Shown here: positions 11,916 through 24,901 of the stretch, in pieces
Numbering within the stretch: position 1 is the first letter of the stretch
Layout: each line of letters begins with the position of its first letter
DNA from: Eledone cirrhosa
Taxonomy: Eukaryota
Length of the DNA stretch: 64,000 nt
Reading direction: 5' to 3'
NCBI GenBank assembly: GCA_964016885.1
Contig: OZ024741.1
Span: 119,598,001 to 119,662,000, forward strand
Position numbers and translations under genes: made by a program
Notes under the pieces: model-generated
The model's input: the letters and a program-made list of their open reading frames with translations, nothing else
Told to the model about the DNA's origin: nothing
Database searches by the model: none

Positions 11916-12808
11916 ACTTGATAGGAAGGGGGCTGCATGGCTGTCTTTCTGTTTTGCTGGGTTTTAGGGCTATGAGGACCACCCAACTGTTTGGTGTTAC
12001 TCAGGGGATTTATATGTATGTTAGGTTCCTTTGTGTTTTGTATGGTATTGTTTGTCATACAAGTGTTTGTAGTCAATCTCTGTACCAGTGTCAGCAGTAG
12101 CCACAACCATTCACCAAGTCTTTAGTACTCTAAAAGATGTTTTCGGTACAATATGTATATACTATAGTGGCAAAGTGTGTGTGGAGGGGGAAATTGGCAT
12201 CTAGGGTGCACTACACTGTAAAAGGATGTCTGTAGGGTTATGCTAGGAGTAGTGATGTGAATAATTTTAGTAGGGTTTAATTTTAAGAATCTAGAAATTT
12301 TCATGCTCAAGTAACATTTTACGCTATATTTTGGAGAATTAATTAACGAAAATTAATGAGATTTAGACTATAAATATAATAGTGATAGGTTTTTAGTTTT
12401 AAAGCAAGAAGTATTGATGGCTACATACGAAAAGAAAACTGCTAGGCTGGTAGAAATTTTACTATATTTCAGCTTTTTCCCCATATTCCTTGGAACTCTG
12501 ACAGGTGTGTGTGTATGTATTGAGGTATGTCTATGTGTGTGGAGGCATGTGTGTGTAGAGGTGTGTGTGTGTGTGTGTGCAGGCATGTGTGTGTAGAGGT
12601 GTGTGTGCAGGCATGTGTGTGTGTCTGTCTGTATTTGTATTTATGTCCCATAACTTAGCAATTTGGCATAAAAAGATATTGATAAAATAAGCACCAGACT
12701 TAAAAATAATAAGTATTGGGGTTGATATGTTTGACTAAGTCATGGCAGTACCCCAACATCGTCTCAGTCTAATGACTGAAACAAGTAAAGGAATAACAGA
12801 ATACTAAC

Positions 12809-12949
12809 CTTAACTGCAACCTGTTCACCTGAGTGTGTTGTGGCTTTATGTACCTGAGCCAAGCTGGCAGCTGCAATAGGATTCTTGTCAAAATATTTGA
12901 ACATAGTGTAAGGACTTGTTTTGAAATCTTCTTTAAATAACTGCTCAAT
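12809..12949 (-). CDS. ADCK5: ADCK5 coding exon 3 (IEQLFKEDF...[13 protein letters not shown]...VAVK)
   Basis: cag/gttagt boundaries, 141 nt; AAAS A-rich loop and VAVK lysine. Confidence 0.94.
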
Positions 12950-13039
12950 CTGAAATGAAATATTTGTATTAAAGTTAGATGAGTCCTGTCCAGTACAGCA
13001 TCTCTCCACCTGTCTCTTTTCTTTGTCATCTCCTTTATC

Positions 13040-13710
13040 AGGTTCAACATACTGAGATTAGCTTTCACTACATCTGCCCAAGTCTATTTTGGACTACCTC
13101 TACTACAATGTCCTTCCACTGTTCTCATAATCACCACTTCTGTCTAAATCTACCTTGGACTACCTCTACCATAGTGCCCATCCACTGCTCTCATCATCAT
13201 CACCACATCTGCCTAAGTCTACCTTGGCCTATTTCTACTAATGTCCCTCCACTTGTTTCTTTCCTTTATAAAGTTCAACATCCTGAGATCAGCTTTCACC
13301 ACTTCTGCCTAAGTCTTTCTTGGTCTATCTTTACCATGTCACTTTGTGTACCTCTATCATGTCTTCCTTAGTCTACCTCTACCATATCTTCCTTGGTTTA
13401 CCTCTAACCCCCCCCCCCCCCCCCCCAGCTCTCATGATCACCACTTCTGCCTGTATCTTCCTTGGGCCACCTCTACCAGTGTGTACCTCCATTTGTTGTA
13501 TTCTTGTCATCTCCTTTATGAGTTTCAGAATCCAAAAATCAGCTCTCACCACTTCTGCCTATGTCTTCCTTGGTGTACCTCTACCACAGTGTCCCTCTGA
13601 TGCCTGCTGCTCTCATCATTACTACCTGTACCTCTACCAGGGTGTCCTTTCACTGTTCTCATCACCACTTCTATCCACATCTTCCATGGCCTACCTCTAC
13701 CACAACCAGT
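13040..13710. repeat. Degenerate tandem array derived from RTE C-terminal coding sequence
   Basis: Recurring ACCACTTCTGCCTAAGTCTWCCTTGGWCTACCTCTAC, the antisense of the RGRPRKTW region. Confidence 0.7.
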
Positions 13711-13799
13711 TCCAGACCTTCTCATCTATCTATCTATGTGTTAGTGTCAACTTCAATAAGATTATGTGGAAGATGCATTTCAATTTCTCTCATATTTAC

Positions 13800-14064
13800 C
13801 TCATCAACATGTCTGCACAATGCTCTGTCCTGAAGGGAACTTAATATATTGATATATTCACTGGGTAAGAGATGGTTTAGAGTTACCAAACCCTGACCAA
13901 GCTTCACATAGAGACCACCATTCTTCAAACAACCATCTTTGAGATACTCTGCTCCTTTCTTATGGCAATATTTCATAGCTTCATTATATTCATCACTGTC
14001 AGGATCTAGTCCGTACAATGTCCAGGTGTATAAAAGAGATATTTGGGCACCAACATACAGAGAT
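13800..14064 (-). CDS. ADCK5: ADCK5 coding exon 2 (SLYVGAQISL...NGGLYVKLGQGL...RHVDE)
   Basis: cag/gtaaat boundaries, 265 nt, phase 2/0; KxGQ motif in NGGLYVKLGQG. Confidence 0.94.
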
Positions 14065-14635
14065 CTGCAATAAACAAAATAACAAATTAGCAATTAACCT
14101 TTTCATTGCCATATTTCTAATGAAATGCACAGTTTAGAATTTTCAAATCGTTTTTAAAATAATGGTTTCTTATATAGGCACAAGGCCAGCAATTTTGGGG
14201 GAGGAGAAAGTTCATTAAATCGACCCCAGTACGTGACTGGTACTTTATTTTATCAACCCCATAAGCATGAAAGGCAAAGTTAACCTCGGCGGGATTTGAA
14301 CTCAGATCATAAACGGCTGTAACTCTATGCTGCAAAGCATGGCATCCGATCCTCTACCGATATTGTCAATCCACCGCCCTAATCATTTTTAAAATAATAA
14401 AAAATGTTGATGGATTTAACTGACTTATTTATTTAGAGTTACTGCTCTCTTATATGAGGAGCTTACAGAGCCTACATCAGTCCTTAAGCCCAAATCTGAT
14501 ATAGTAGTTGCGTATATTTAGTAATTTATTTTTTCCATAGTTTTTTCTTCAAAATAAGTGTGTCTTATATACCAATAAGTCTTAATAAGTGATAATTAAA
14601 AAACAAAAGTTGGTAATATGTCAAATGAAACATAC

Positions 14636-14943
14636 CTGATCAGGCGTTGAAAGGCGCCTAATGATACTCTAATTTTCCGTCTATTTGGTTCATCAAGTGA
14701 CAAATAATAAACTGATGAAGCCACAAGACCAACAGCTGCAACTGCAACAGATCTCCGCCTCCAGGAAGTATTTTGTGCCAACAATCCATTCTGCTCTTTT
14801 GAATGTCTGGTGGTGAAGTGGCGACAAATAGCTGATGTCTTTGAAAAATATGGTATACTTCTGTCATAGGGAATTAATACTCTACTTGCAGGTGTACAGC
14901 TTCTTATCTTTTGAACCACAGAAATGACATTTCTGTGGAACAT
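14636..14943 (-). CDS. ADCK5: ADCK5 first coding exon, with a mitochondrial-targeting-like N terminus and a hydrophobic segment; the exon extends to the acceptor at 14994
   Basis: CCACCATG Kozak context; poly-T/cag acceptor above 14994; gtatgt donor; RRKIRVSLGAFQRLIR resembles ADCK5. Confidence 0.85.
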
Positions 14944-15044
14944 GGTGGAATGTGAATAATAGCTACAACAGATGGAAATATTTTTGATGCATTGCTGAAA
15001 GAAAAAAAAAAAAAAATTGTATATTGATGTAAAAACCTACTACA

Positions 15045-15496
15045 GTCAGTAGGCACCTCTATCAAAACACACCCCCGTCCCACCACCTCCACACCGCCCC
15101 TTTCAATGTAAAGTTATGTTGGTCCCACAACATCCAGGCCGAAACAAATGAGATCGTGTAGGTGTCACGACAAAAAACACACAGTCCACGCTGTAAATGT
15201 GGCCGTGTAGGCAACACGGTAAAAACCTCCCAGCCCCACACTGTAAATGTGGTTGGTGTTAGGAAGGGCATCCAGCTGTAGAAAACCCGCCAGACAGTCC
15301 ACGCTGTAATGTGGCCGTGTAGGCAACACGGTAAAAACCTCCCAGCCCCACACTGTAAATGTGGTTGGTGTTAGGAAGGGCATCCAACTGTAGAAAACCC
15401 GCCAGACAGTCCTATGCGAGCAAGACAACCACTCTTGCCTCAAGTGGGAAAACCCCCGTCCAAACCCATGCAAGCGTGGAACACGGACGCTAAACC

Positions 15497-15527
<31 letters not shown>

Positions 15528-15530
15528 GAT
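15045..15530 (+). mobile_element. RTE 3'UTR-only copy with an internal ~113-bp tandem duplication; ~ bounds
   Basis: Matches 54115-54520; 15182-15294 is repeated at 15295-15406. Confidence 0.88.
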
Positions 15531-15574
15531 AATGAGGATATATATACATATATTGAAAATTCCATATGTACAAA

Positions 15575-16035
15575 ATGTAAGTTTTGAGTACAAAAAAGAT
15601 GTAGTGGGATCACAGGCAGGCTAGTGAAGAATATAGGCTTTGTATATATCTGATGCATAGGAGCAGTAAACAACAAGAGCTCATAGGAAATAAGCTCCAT
15701 TAAATGTTCAGAGGGTTCCCTAGAAAAGGTTGACAGCTACTGCTACCAAGGGAAGAGGGTGTTCTGAAAGTACAGTAGCCAGAGTAAGGACTGGTTGGAA
15801 AAAAGTTCAGTGATCTATTACCACTGCTGGCTACAAAGTATTTCTCCCTCACAGTGAAAAGCATATGGTATGATGCTTGCATATGAACAGCAATGCTACA
15901 TGGTAGTGAGACTTGGGCTTTGTGTACAGAGGACTTATGAAGATTGGAAAGAAATGAGGTGAGCATATTCTGATGGGTGTGTAATAGTATACATGAGCAA
16001 CGAAGTATCAATGAGCTGAGAAAAAAACTGGGCAG
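15575..16035 (+). mobile_element. RTE fragment (PHD to C-terminal region), decayed; ~ bounds
   Basis: Similar to 53335-53830. Confidence 0.8.
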
Positions 16036-16429
16036 TCATCTGACTGGTTTGGCCTCAGCATGCAACAGCCATCTACTCCATGCAAACATGGGAAATAGTC
16101 ATTAACAGGTGGTGATGATGATGATATATATATATATATGTCCCACCCTTGCAAGCAGGGAAAAGCAGACATAAAATGATGATGATGATGATGATGATAT
16201 ATATTTCTGCCTGTTGTAAGAGAAGACTAAATGGGTTAATATAAAACAGGGCTGTAAAACATTTTCTCAAAACATCCCATCCAACCCATGCCAACATGAA
16301 AAATCAGATTTAAAAATGGATAGCTCATCAGACTGGAGAATAACGAACCTTTATATATAGGTGTAAATTGTTGTCTGTTAGTAGTGGCATATAGTGCTTA
16401 AAGTTCAGGATTGCGGGTAGATATAATAT

Positions 16430-16765
16430 ATCATCACTGTTTTACGTCCGTTCTTCCATGCTAGCATGGGTTAGACAGGTTGTCCTATTGTGGGCAGTGT
16501 CTGGTTGGCTGACCATGCCTTGCTCATACAGGAACTGATTTTGGCTTGATTTCTACAGCTTGATGCCCTTCCTAACACCAACCTCATTTACAGTGAGTGC
16601 TGGGTGCTTTTTTCCGTGTCGCCTACACATCCACTTTTCAGTGTAGGCTGGGTGCTTTTTTGCTGTGGCACCTCCACGACCACTTTGCAGTGGGAGGGTG
16701 TGGGGGCATATTGTCTATATGCTTCAGCTTGTACCCATGGGAGGTCGGGTACTCTGTATTCCCAT
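16430..16765 (-). mobile_element. RTE 3'UTR fragment; ~ bounds
   Basis: Reverse complement closely matches 18295-18640. Confidence 0.85.
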
Positions 16766-17254
16766 GGGTATATATATATATACTATTATCATTAAATTCA
16801 ATACTACAATGAAGACATAACGTGGAGAAGTTGAATAAGTTGAGTTCGCTCAATGAAATGTGTGTCCTTGCATTTCTCTGTGTTATGTCTTCATTGTAGT
16901 ATTGAATTTAATAATATGGCACAGGCTGAAGCTGAAGCATATATACAGTATGCACCACCCCACCCTCCCATGAGGACAGACCAAAGTATACATCCAGTGA
17001 AGCGCCCAACCCACACTGTAAAATGATCATGATGGTGATATGGCAAAAAGCCCCCAGTCCACACTGTAAAGTGGTCATGTAGGCGTCACAATAAAAAGCA
17101 CCCAGTACTCATGGTAAATGAGGTTGGCATTAGGAAGAGCATCTAGCTGTAGGAACCAATCCCAAATCAGTTCCGTATGACTAGCATTGCTCACAACAGA
17201 ACAACTCGTCAAACTCATGCTAGCATGGAAAAATGAATGTAAAATGGTGATGAT

Positions 17255-17630
17255 GATCATCATTTTACGTCCGCTTTTCCCTGCTTGCAATGGTGGGATG
17301 GATCCTATTCAGCACAGCATCTCTCCACTTGTCACAGTCCTTCGTCATCTCCACCGTCAGCCTCAGCGATCCGAGGTCTGCTCCCACCACCGCTGCCCAT
17401 GTTTTTCGTGGTCTTCCTCTACTACGTCCTCCTTCAACTGGCATTTCTTGGCACCCTTTCACCCATTGGTCATCCTCCATGCGCACCACATGTCGATACC
17501 ATCACAGTCCCCCTCCCCCTGCACACCACAACCCATCCCTCTCAGACACAGTTTCTCTCTCAACACATCCATGCTCGGTCATTCACGCACGCCTGCCTCA
17601 CCCCTCTCTGTCGCACATCCTCCGCATCAT
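17255..17630 (-). mobile_element. RTE 3' fragment; ~ bounds
   Basis: RGRPRKTW...WRDAV. Confidence 0.85.
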
Positions 17631-17717
17631 GATGATTATAACTCACCCCCTTGGACTGAGTGCTCTACACTATGGATATCTTTACTAAACTATTACTATT
17701 ACTATATATATATATCT

Positions 17718-18650
17718 CGGGGACGGCTCTGTAGAAACAGTAGACAGCTTCTGCTACCTAGGTGACCGAATTAGCAGCGGAGGTGGGTGCTCAGAAAGTA
17801 CAATAACTAGGGTAAGAACGGGATGGAAGAAGTTCAGGGAACTACTACCACTGCTAGCTGCAAAAGGCTTCTCCCTTAAAATGAAAGGCAGACTGTATGA
17901 TGTGTGTATACGAACAGCAATGTTACATGGTAGTAAGACCTGGGCGCTGAAGGTGGAAGACTTACGTAGATTAGAGAGAAACAAAGCCTGCATGCTCCGA
18001 TGGATGTATAATAGTAATATACGTGAACGACAAAGCATAAATGAATTGAGAGATAGACTGAGCATAAGAGGAATCAAATGCTGCGTGCAGGAGAGGCGGT
18101 TGCGTTGGTATGGCCATGTGATGCGTATGAAGGATGACAGCTGCATAAAAAGGTGCAGAGCACTAGAAGTCGATGGAAACCGCGGAGTGGGGAGACCCAA
18201 GAACACCTGGGATGAGGTGATAAAAGCCGACCTTACCTAATTACACCTCTCAAAGGCGATGACACACGACCGTGACCTCTGGCGTCACGTAGTAATACAG
18301 AAGACCCGACCCCCCACGGGTACAAGCCAAAGCTGAAGCATATAGACAATATGCTCCCATACCCTCCCACTGCAAGGTGGTCGTGGAGGTGCCACGGCAA
18401 AAAAGCACCCAGCCTACACTGAAAATTGGACGTGTAGGCGCCACGGAAAAAAAGCACCCAGCACTCACTGTAAATGAGGTTGGTGTTAGGAAGGGCATCC
18501 AACTGTAGAAATCAAGCCAGAATCAGTTCCCGTATGAGCAAGACAAGGTCAGCCGACCGGACATTGCCCACCCACAACAGGACAACCCGTCTAACCCATG
18601 CTAGCGTGGAAGAACGGACGTAAAACGGTGATAATGATGATGATGATGAT
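17718..18650 (+). mobile_element. RTE 3' fragment with 3'UTR and (GAT)n tail; ~ bounds
   Basis: MKGRLYDVC...RLRWYGHV...GRPKNTW. Confidence 0.9.
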
Positions 18651-18666
18651 ATATATATATATATAT

Positions 18667-18857
18667 ATAGGAACCAGTAAGACCCCGACGGCTGAGCTCA
18701 AGCCGTTTCGATGGCTAATTCTGGAATTAGCCGTCGAAACGGCTTGAGCTCAGCCGTTGGGGTCTTACTGGTTCCTATTACCCACTCTACTACCCCAAGT
18801 ATTGAGTACTTTGGTGCGTTATGGTCCACCTGGTTCCTTACCACATTTCCTTCATTA
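18667..18857. mobile_element. Probable Penelope-like pLTR remnant with a 112-bp palindrome, inside (TA)n
   Basis: Near-perfect palindrome at 18667-18778 containing a hammerhead-like GAAAC/stem/GTC; the tail motif CTCTACT..GTATTGAGTACT is shared with 46710-46731. Confidence 0.55.
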
Positions 18858-20556
18858 TATATATATATATATATACATACATACACACACATATATATAT
18901 GTGTGTATAAAACTGGACATGATCTACAAAATTATCATCATTTTGATTACTTTAAAATTCTCTTTTAAATGCCAGCTAAAGATTATTTCAATATTTATTC
19001 AGTACTAACTAACAGGAGATTAGAAGGAAAAGATACACAATTCGTGTTCCTGGTAGTAAATTACATTTTATTTATAGCTATTTTCAAAGTCTATTTCTCA
19101 CTCAAGCAGTTTATTGACTCAGAAGGTTATTTTCAAACCTAAAAACAAGAACTGTCCACCTTGGTAATTTAAACTGGCCTTGGTGGTCTAAATTACACAT
19201 CAGTTGTGCAGACATACTTTATTGCAATCATCATAATTAACCAATCTGGTAAATTGGCAAAATTGTTAGTGTTGGACAAAATGCCATTGCTGTATTTAGT
19301 TATATATCATTATATTCCAAGTTCAAATCTGGCTGAGGTCAATTTTACCTTTTCCTTTTCTAGGGTTGATAAAATAAAGTACTAGTCAAGTTGCTGACCT
19401 TGTGCCTAAATTAAGAAAAATTATCCAATTAATGACATCTTTAATCATGCTATTATGGAAGACTAGCTGAATGGAATGGCTAAGAAGCAATCATTAGGTC
19501 TCGGGTTCAATCCCATTGTGTCATTTACCACAGCTTTGGGTCAACCCATGCATTGTAAGTGAAATTGGTCAAACAGAAATTGTTAGGAAGCCCTTCAGAT
19601 GAAGTGCACTTGTAATTCAAAGGGCCAGCATTTTCACATACTGTGTCACGTTGAATCTCCCTGAGAATTATTACAGCCACCACTGTATATTGGAGGAGAC
19701 TCTTTCAAACTGACCCCTCATCGGACACCAGGACAAATATACGTGTGTATGTACATGTCTGTGTTTGACAATAGCTAGTTCCTTATTTATTTGCAGCCCC
19801 GCCTCCATTCAGGGGGACGAAAGGGAAAGCTGACATCGACTGGATTTGAACTCAGATCGTAAATAGCCGGAGCAAATAGCGCAAAGCATCTTGTTTGACG
19901 CTCTAACGATGTTGCTAACAACATTAATAATTCATCTTGCTAATAAAAGGACCATCTTTTCGATTTTGAAATACGATTTATGAAAACATTTATCGAAGAA
20001 ATAATCATACATGAAAAAAAAAAAAAAAAATCAGCGACATAATGAAAATAGTATGGTTTACTCTTCAAATGTTGAACGAAATTACGATAATGCATTGTTG
20101 AAGCTGTTGATGTCAGACATTAATGATTTCTGGCGTAACAATCTTAAGAAAGACGGAAGAATATTAGTATATTTAATTCAAATGGCTTTTCTTCATAGTA
20201 TAATTTGTAATCCTCGTCATCATCCGAAGCAATGCTGCGAGTGTGTTGCTTGCCTAAAAAAATATTAGGGACAAACTGAAGCGCTTCTTGTGGCGTGTAT
20301 GTAAATTTTCTCACTCACGTTTTTCTTCAGTACTGTAATATATCTGTATAGTCTTATTCATTATATAAATTGTATTGACAATGTGATCTTAAAATGTCAC
20401 TTATAATTATAATATATACGGCTCGACTTTATGGATTTTAGAGTTCATATAAAAGGATGGGTAGATTTTGATAATTGTTTTTACAAATAGTTTTGTTAGA
20501 GCCGTTAAATAAAAGAAAATGAATGGTTAGAAGAAATGAAACCGACAAATTCTTAC

Positions 20557-20790
20557 CTGTGTACTTTTGGTTAAGTATCTTGATCAAATAATAAAAGAAA
20601 ATACGTAGATTTACATAAAAATGGAGGGGAGCTAACTCTCAACAATGTCATCGAGAGATATTGAGATTAAAAAAATTCTTTCACCACGAAGGATTTACAT
20701 CAAGAAAAATATTATGACGGCACAGGACGAAAATAGAGTGTGTGAATGTGTGTGTGTGTCGATGAGTGGGTTTTGCGTGTAAACAAATTT
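20557..20790 (-). other. Candidate non-coding 5' exon / promoter-proximal region of ADCK5 (upper bound uncertain)
   Basis: Strong donor CAG|GTAAGA at 20557 in non-repetitive DNA that retains CpGs; the acceptor at 14994 requires an upstream exon. Confidence 0.35.
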
Positions 20791-20899
20791 TGACAATGTT
20801 AAAAAAGAAAGATAACAATAAAAATTAAAACAAATGAGGTTCTTCAATGGCGAGGAGACATTCGAGCGTCACTCGTGGAGCCCCCCCCCCCCGTAAAAC

Positions 20900-21365
20900 A
20901 ACAATAATAATGATAATGATAATAATAATAATGTTTTCTTTATTAACCACAAGGGTTTCCATAAAGCATAGCATCAAGGACAGCACAGGACGTTTCTGCG
21001 TGTAAAAACAAAACATAAAACAGAAACAAAGGATGCAAAAAAAAAAGAACAAAAGAAAATTCCCCAATAGGGGAAGACTTCCGAGGGTCACTCGTGGAGA
21101 AAGCCAACAAAAAGTCACAGTAACCCTGACAACCAGGGAAAGTGCCCTCCTTCACTCTACAGGCATACCCATCCACTTGTGCCTTTCTTGCCTCTTTCAC
21201 CCACCTTTCAACAAAGTGGTTGGAAGGCAGCACTTCTCTCTCTACCCTGATCTTTCTTTTCAAGTGAAACCTGAAGAAGTTAATCAGGTGGTTGCCAAAG
21301 AGGAAAGTTCCAATCTTCAGCTCTTTCAGATGCGTCCATCATACAACCTCTTTCGCCAGGGCCAC
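20900..21365 (-). mobile_element. Probable L1/Tx1-group LINE 3' end with (ATT)n tail; ~ bounds
   Basis: KRKIRVERE...FVERW C terminus, then a 3'UTR, AATAAA and a tail. Confidence 0.45.
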
Positions 21366-23289
21366 CAGACACACACACACACACATATATACTTCGTTTT
21401 TGAATCTGTTTTGAAAGATTTCTGATCTGAAAACGTGTGTTGAAACAGATATTGTTATACGTTGGGAGTGTCATGCTGCCAATAAAAACACACGCAATTT
21501 ATTATAAATTTCCGGTTGGTTCGTTAACAAGAAGGCTGTTTATATATTGTCAAAGCTCTTTCATCACACATTCTGTGACCTCCTCAGTGACTAGGTTTTA
21601 TTTTGTGTCTCTCCTTTGTTCTGTCCTACACCATCATGTTTTAACCCTAAACCTAACCCAACACACACACATATAGAAATCGAAATATATGGCCCTTTCT
21701 CTCTCTATATAAACATATATCTTTTAATTTGGTTATTATGGTTCTAGATAAAGTCTATTGAGCTTACTTATTGAGAAACAAAAAATTCGAAACATATTTG
21801 TTATGTTTTGATTTGTCATTTGTATTTCATGGCTCCAAACCTCTTAACTTGTTGAACTCGGTGGCTACAATCACTGCTCCTATTTCTAGCGGTATTATCG
21901 TCCTCGTTGGTGATATCTATTTGTCATAGGTTTAACGTCATTTCACCATGTGCTTCTCAGTATAGTGGTTACGTTGGACTTAGCTGTGGATATTCCCAGG
22001 TATATTGATTTATTTACCATCTTCATTCTATATTTCCCTTAGAATGGCGAGACTAAACCTCTGAAAAGTACCTGAGCCTCATGTGGTTTAATCATAATCA
22101 ATAGTTTGTCTTCGATGATCGAATATATTGATTGATTTTTTCTTTCTTTCCATTACATCGATTACATAGATCGATTTTTTTCCATGATCGATTACATAGA
22201 TCGATGAAGGATGACAGCTGCATAAAAATCGATGGAGGGACCCAGGAAGACTTGGGAAGAGGTGATAAAAGCCGACCTTGCCCAATTGCAACTCTCAAAG
22301 GCGATGACACATGACCGAGATCTCTGGCGATACACAGTAATACAGAAGACCTGACTTCCCACGAGCACAAGCTGAAGCATATATACAGTATGCCCCAACC
22401 CACCTTCCCATACACCCCTATGAGGACAGGCCAAAGTAAAAGCCCCCAGCCCACACTGTAAAGTGGTTGTGATGGTGACACAGCAAAAAGTGTTCAGCCC
22501 ACACTGTAAAGTGGTCATGAAGGTGTCATGACAAAAAGCACCCAGCCCACACTGTAAAGTGGTCGTGTGGGCATCATAACAAAAAGCACCCAGTACTCAC
22601 TGTAAATAAAGTTGGTGTTAGGAAGGGCATCCAGCTGTAGAAATCAAGCCAGAATCAGTTCTGTATGAGCAAGACATGGTCACCTGACTTAGCATTTCCC
22701 ACAACATGACAACCTGTCTAAACCATGTTAGTGTGGAAAATGGGCGTAAACATTCAGCCCACACTGTAAAGTGGTCGTGTAGGTGTCACGACAAAAAGCA
22801 CCCAGACCACACTGTAAAGTGGTCGTGTAAAACAGGCATATCAATCATGCCGCATGCGGTCCTTTACAAGCACACCTGCGGCCTGCACAAAGATTTTTAC
22901 AGTGCATGTTTTATCTTCGTAATATAAAATAAAAAAAATAGTTGTAATGTGGCCCTTGGGGAACCCTCAGTTTGACATGCTTGGTATAAAAGTACCCAGC
23001 ACACACTGTCAATATGGTTGGAGCTAGGAAGGACATCCAGCCATAGAAAACCAGCCAGAAACAGTCCTATATGAGCGAGATATGGTCACCCGACCCAACT
23101 TGCCTATAAATGGGACAAACTCATCTAACCCATGCTAGTGTGGAAGATGGATGTTAAATGTTGATGATGATGATGATTCGATGATATATAAATATATCAT
23201 ATATATACAAACAAAAAAATTAACAAATTACAATACTGCTAACAGGAACACACACATTCAACGGCTATTGTACTGCTCAAATAAAAAAA

Positions 23290-24246
23290 AAATATAACCT
23301 CCAACAATGCATGAAGACTATCATCAATAACCAAAGAACAGCTGAGAAGAAATGGGCCATCAAGAGAAAATCAAACTCAATTCCAAAATGTTCTTTTCAT
23401 TTGCAAAAAAACACAAGGTCACTGTCTCCACTGTTGGCTAATTCATGAAAATGACACTCTCCAAGATAATGCTATTATCATGAGTGAGACACTGTAGAAA
23501 CAATACTGCTATATTGGACATAACATTTGTGCCTCTGACGTCTTAGCAGCAATAAACGGAATGAAACACAATTCAGCAGTAGGCTCTGATAGGTTCCCTG
23601 CCTGGGTCCTGAAGGAGTGTTGACACCGACTTGCATCTTCTCTTGCTAATCTGTGGAGGAACTCACTGTATTCTGGATATATATCTGCAAACTTTCTGTC
23701 CCAGTTTTCAAAAAGGGAAACAAGTCTCTTGCAGTGAACTACCATCTGATCTCACTCACCTCTCATATCATCAAGGTATTTGAGAGGGTGGTGAGAGCAC
23801 AGATAACTCACTTTCTTGAACGCAACAGACTGCTGAACTCCAACCAGCATGGGTTCCGTAATGGAAGGGACTGTCTAACGCAGCTCCTGCATCACTTTGT
23901 GGGAGAGTGCTCCAGCACTGATGTCATCTACCTTGATTTCAGCAAGGCCTTTGACAGGGTTCATCACAACATTCCACTGAAAAAACTATCCAACCTTGGT
24001 GTCTTTGGAAAGTTACTGCATTGGATCAAGTGTTTCCTGACAGACAGAGCCCAACATGTAGTCGAAGGAGTACAATCAATCCCAGCCAAAGTCAGTAGTG
24101 GTGTTCCAAAAGGCACTGTGTTGGGCCCGCTTCTTTTCATTATCTATATCAACGACGTTACTGACATCAAGCACAGCAACATAAGAATCTTTGCAGATTT
24201 TTCCAAGCTCCAGGTCATCAATGGAGTGGGTGACCAGAGACGCTAG
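23290..24246 (+). mobile_element. CR1/L2-group LINE RT fragment; ~ bounds
   Basis: NQHGFR, VIYLDFSKAFDRV, SGVPKGTVLGPLLFIIYIND and IFADF. Confidence 0.88.
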
Positions 24247-24682
24247 AAATTGCGCTCAAATCTCCCTGAAACTACCCTCTACAACTATGATTTAAGCTGT
24301 TCAACCTGCTAAATTCCTTCAAAATACACACTTCTACCACGCTCTAAGTTCCCGTCCAATTTGCAAGGAATAGCAGTAAAATCTTCTTCAAATCACACTC
24401 AATTGTCTTTTGAAAATGGGCTGATGCAAATAAAGAAAGGACACATTGGACAATATAGTCCTAAATACTCTAAAAACAAAACAAAAACACTCAAAAAATG
24501 GCATTGTCATGGTTGGGTTTCCTTAGCTCATAGTTCTGCTCAATCAAGGTTGACCTGGGTCTAACCAGCAACAGCCCTTTCCTCATTGGCACTACTATGT
24601 AAAAACTAGAAACAGTGATAAGATGTTTAGTTTTTCAGCAAAAGAAATCACAAGGTATACTGTTCTGACTTAGTTTCCTTAA

Positions 24683-24901
24683 CCCTTTAGCATTTAAACC
24701 GGCCATATCCAGCCAGAATTCTCTCACCTCTTTCTGTTCAAACTGGCTATAACTGGCAACTCATACCAATGTTAAGGTATTGTTCTCAAAATAAGTAATA
24801 TAAAAATCTTGCAGATTCAATATTATGAGATAATTATGTAAGATAAAGACTTTACCATGAAAATACAATAGTAAATATAGAGTAATGTAAATGCTAAAGG
24901 G
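24683..24901. mobile_element. piggyBac-like MITE with TTAA target duplication; truncated second copy at ~36104-36297
   Basis: TTAA|CCCTTTAGCATTTA...TAAATGCTAAAGGG|TTAA. Confidence 0.85.

Noticed and set aside
124-14943. ADCK1 or COQ8 instead of ADCK5
   Set aside because: NGGLYVKLGQG, NHLLP, QYIDLxDRF and MHPxFGFxWVLQ fit ADCK5 better as I recall the sequences; a reciprocal BLAST would confirm
20011-20268. Novel small gene between ADCK5 and DIS3
   Set aside because: Starts in a poly-A run, with no recognisable domain or splice support
21638-21662. Interstitial telomere (TAACCCTAAACCTAACCC)
   Set aside because: Only about 3 imperfect units
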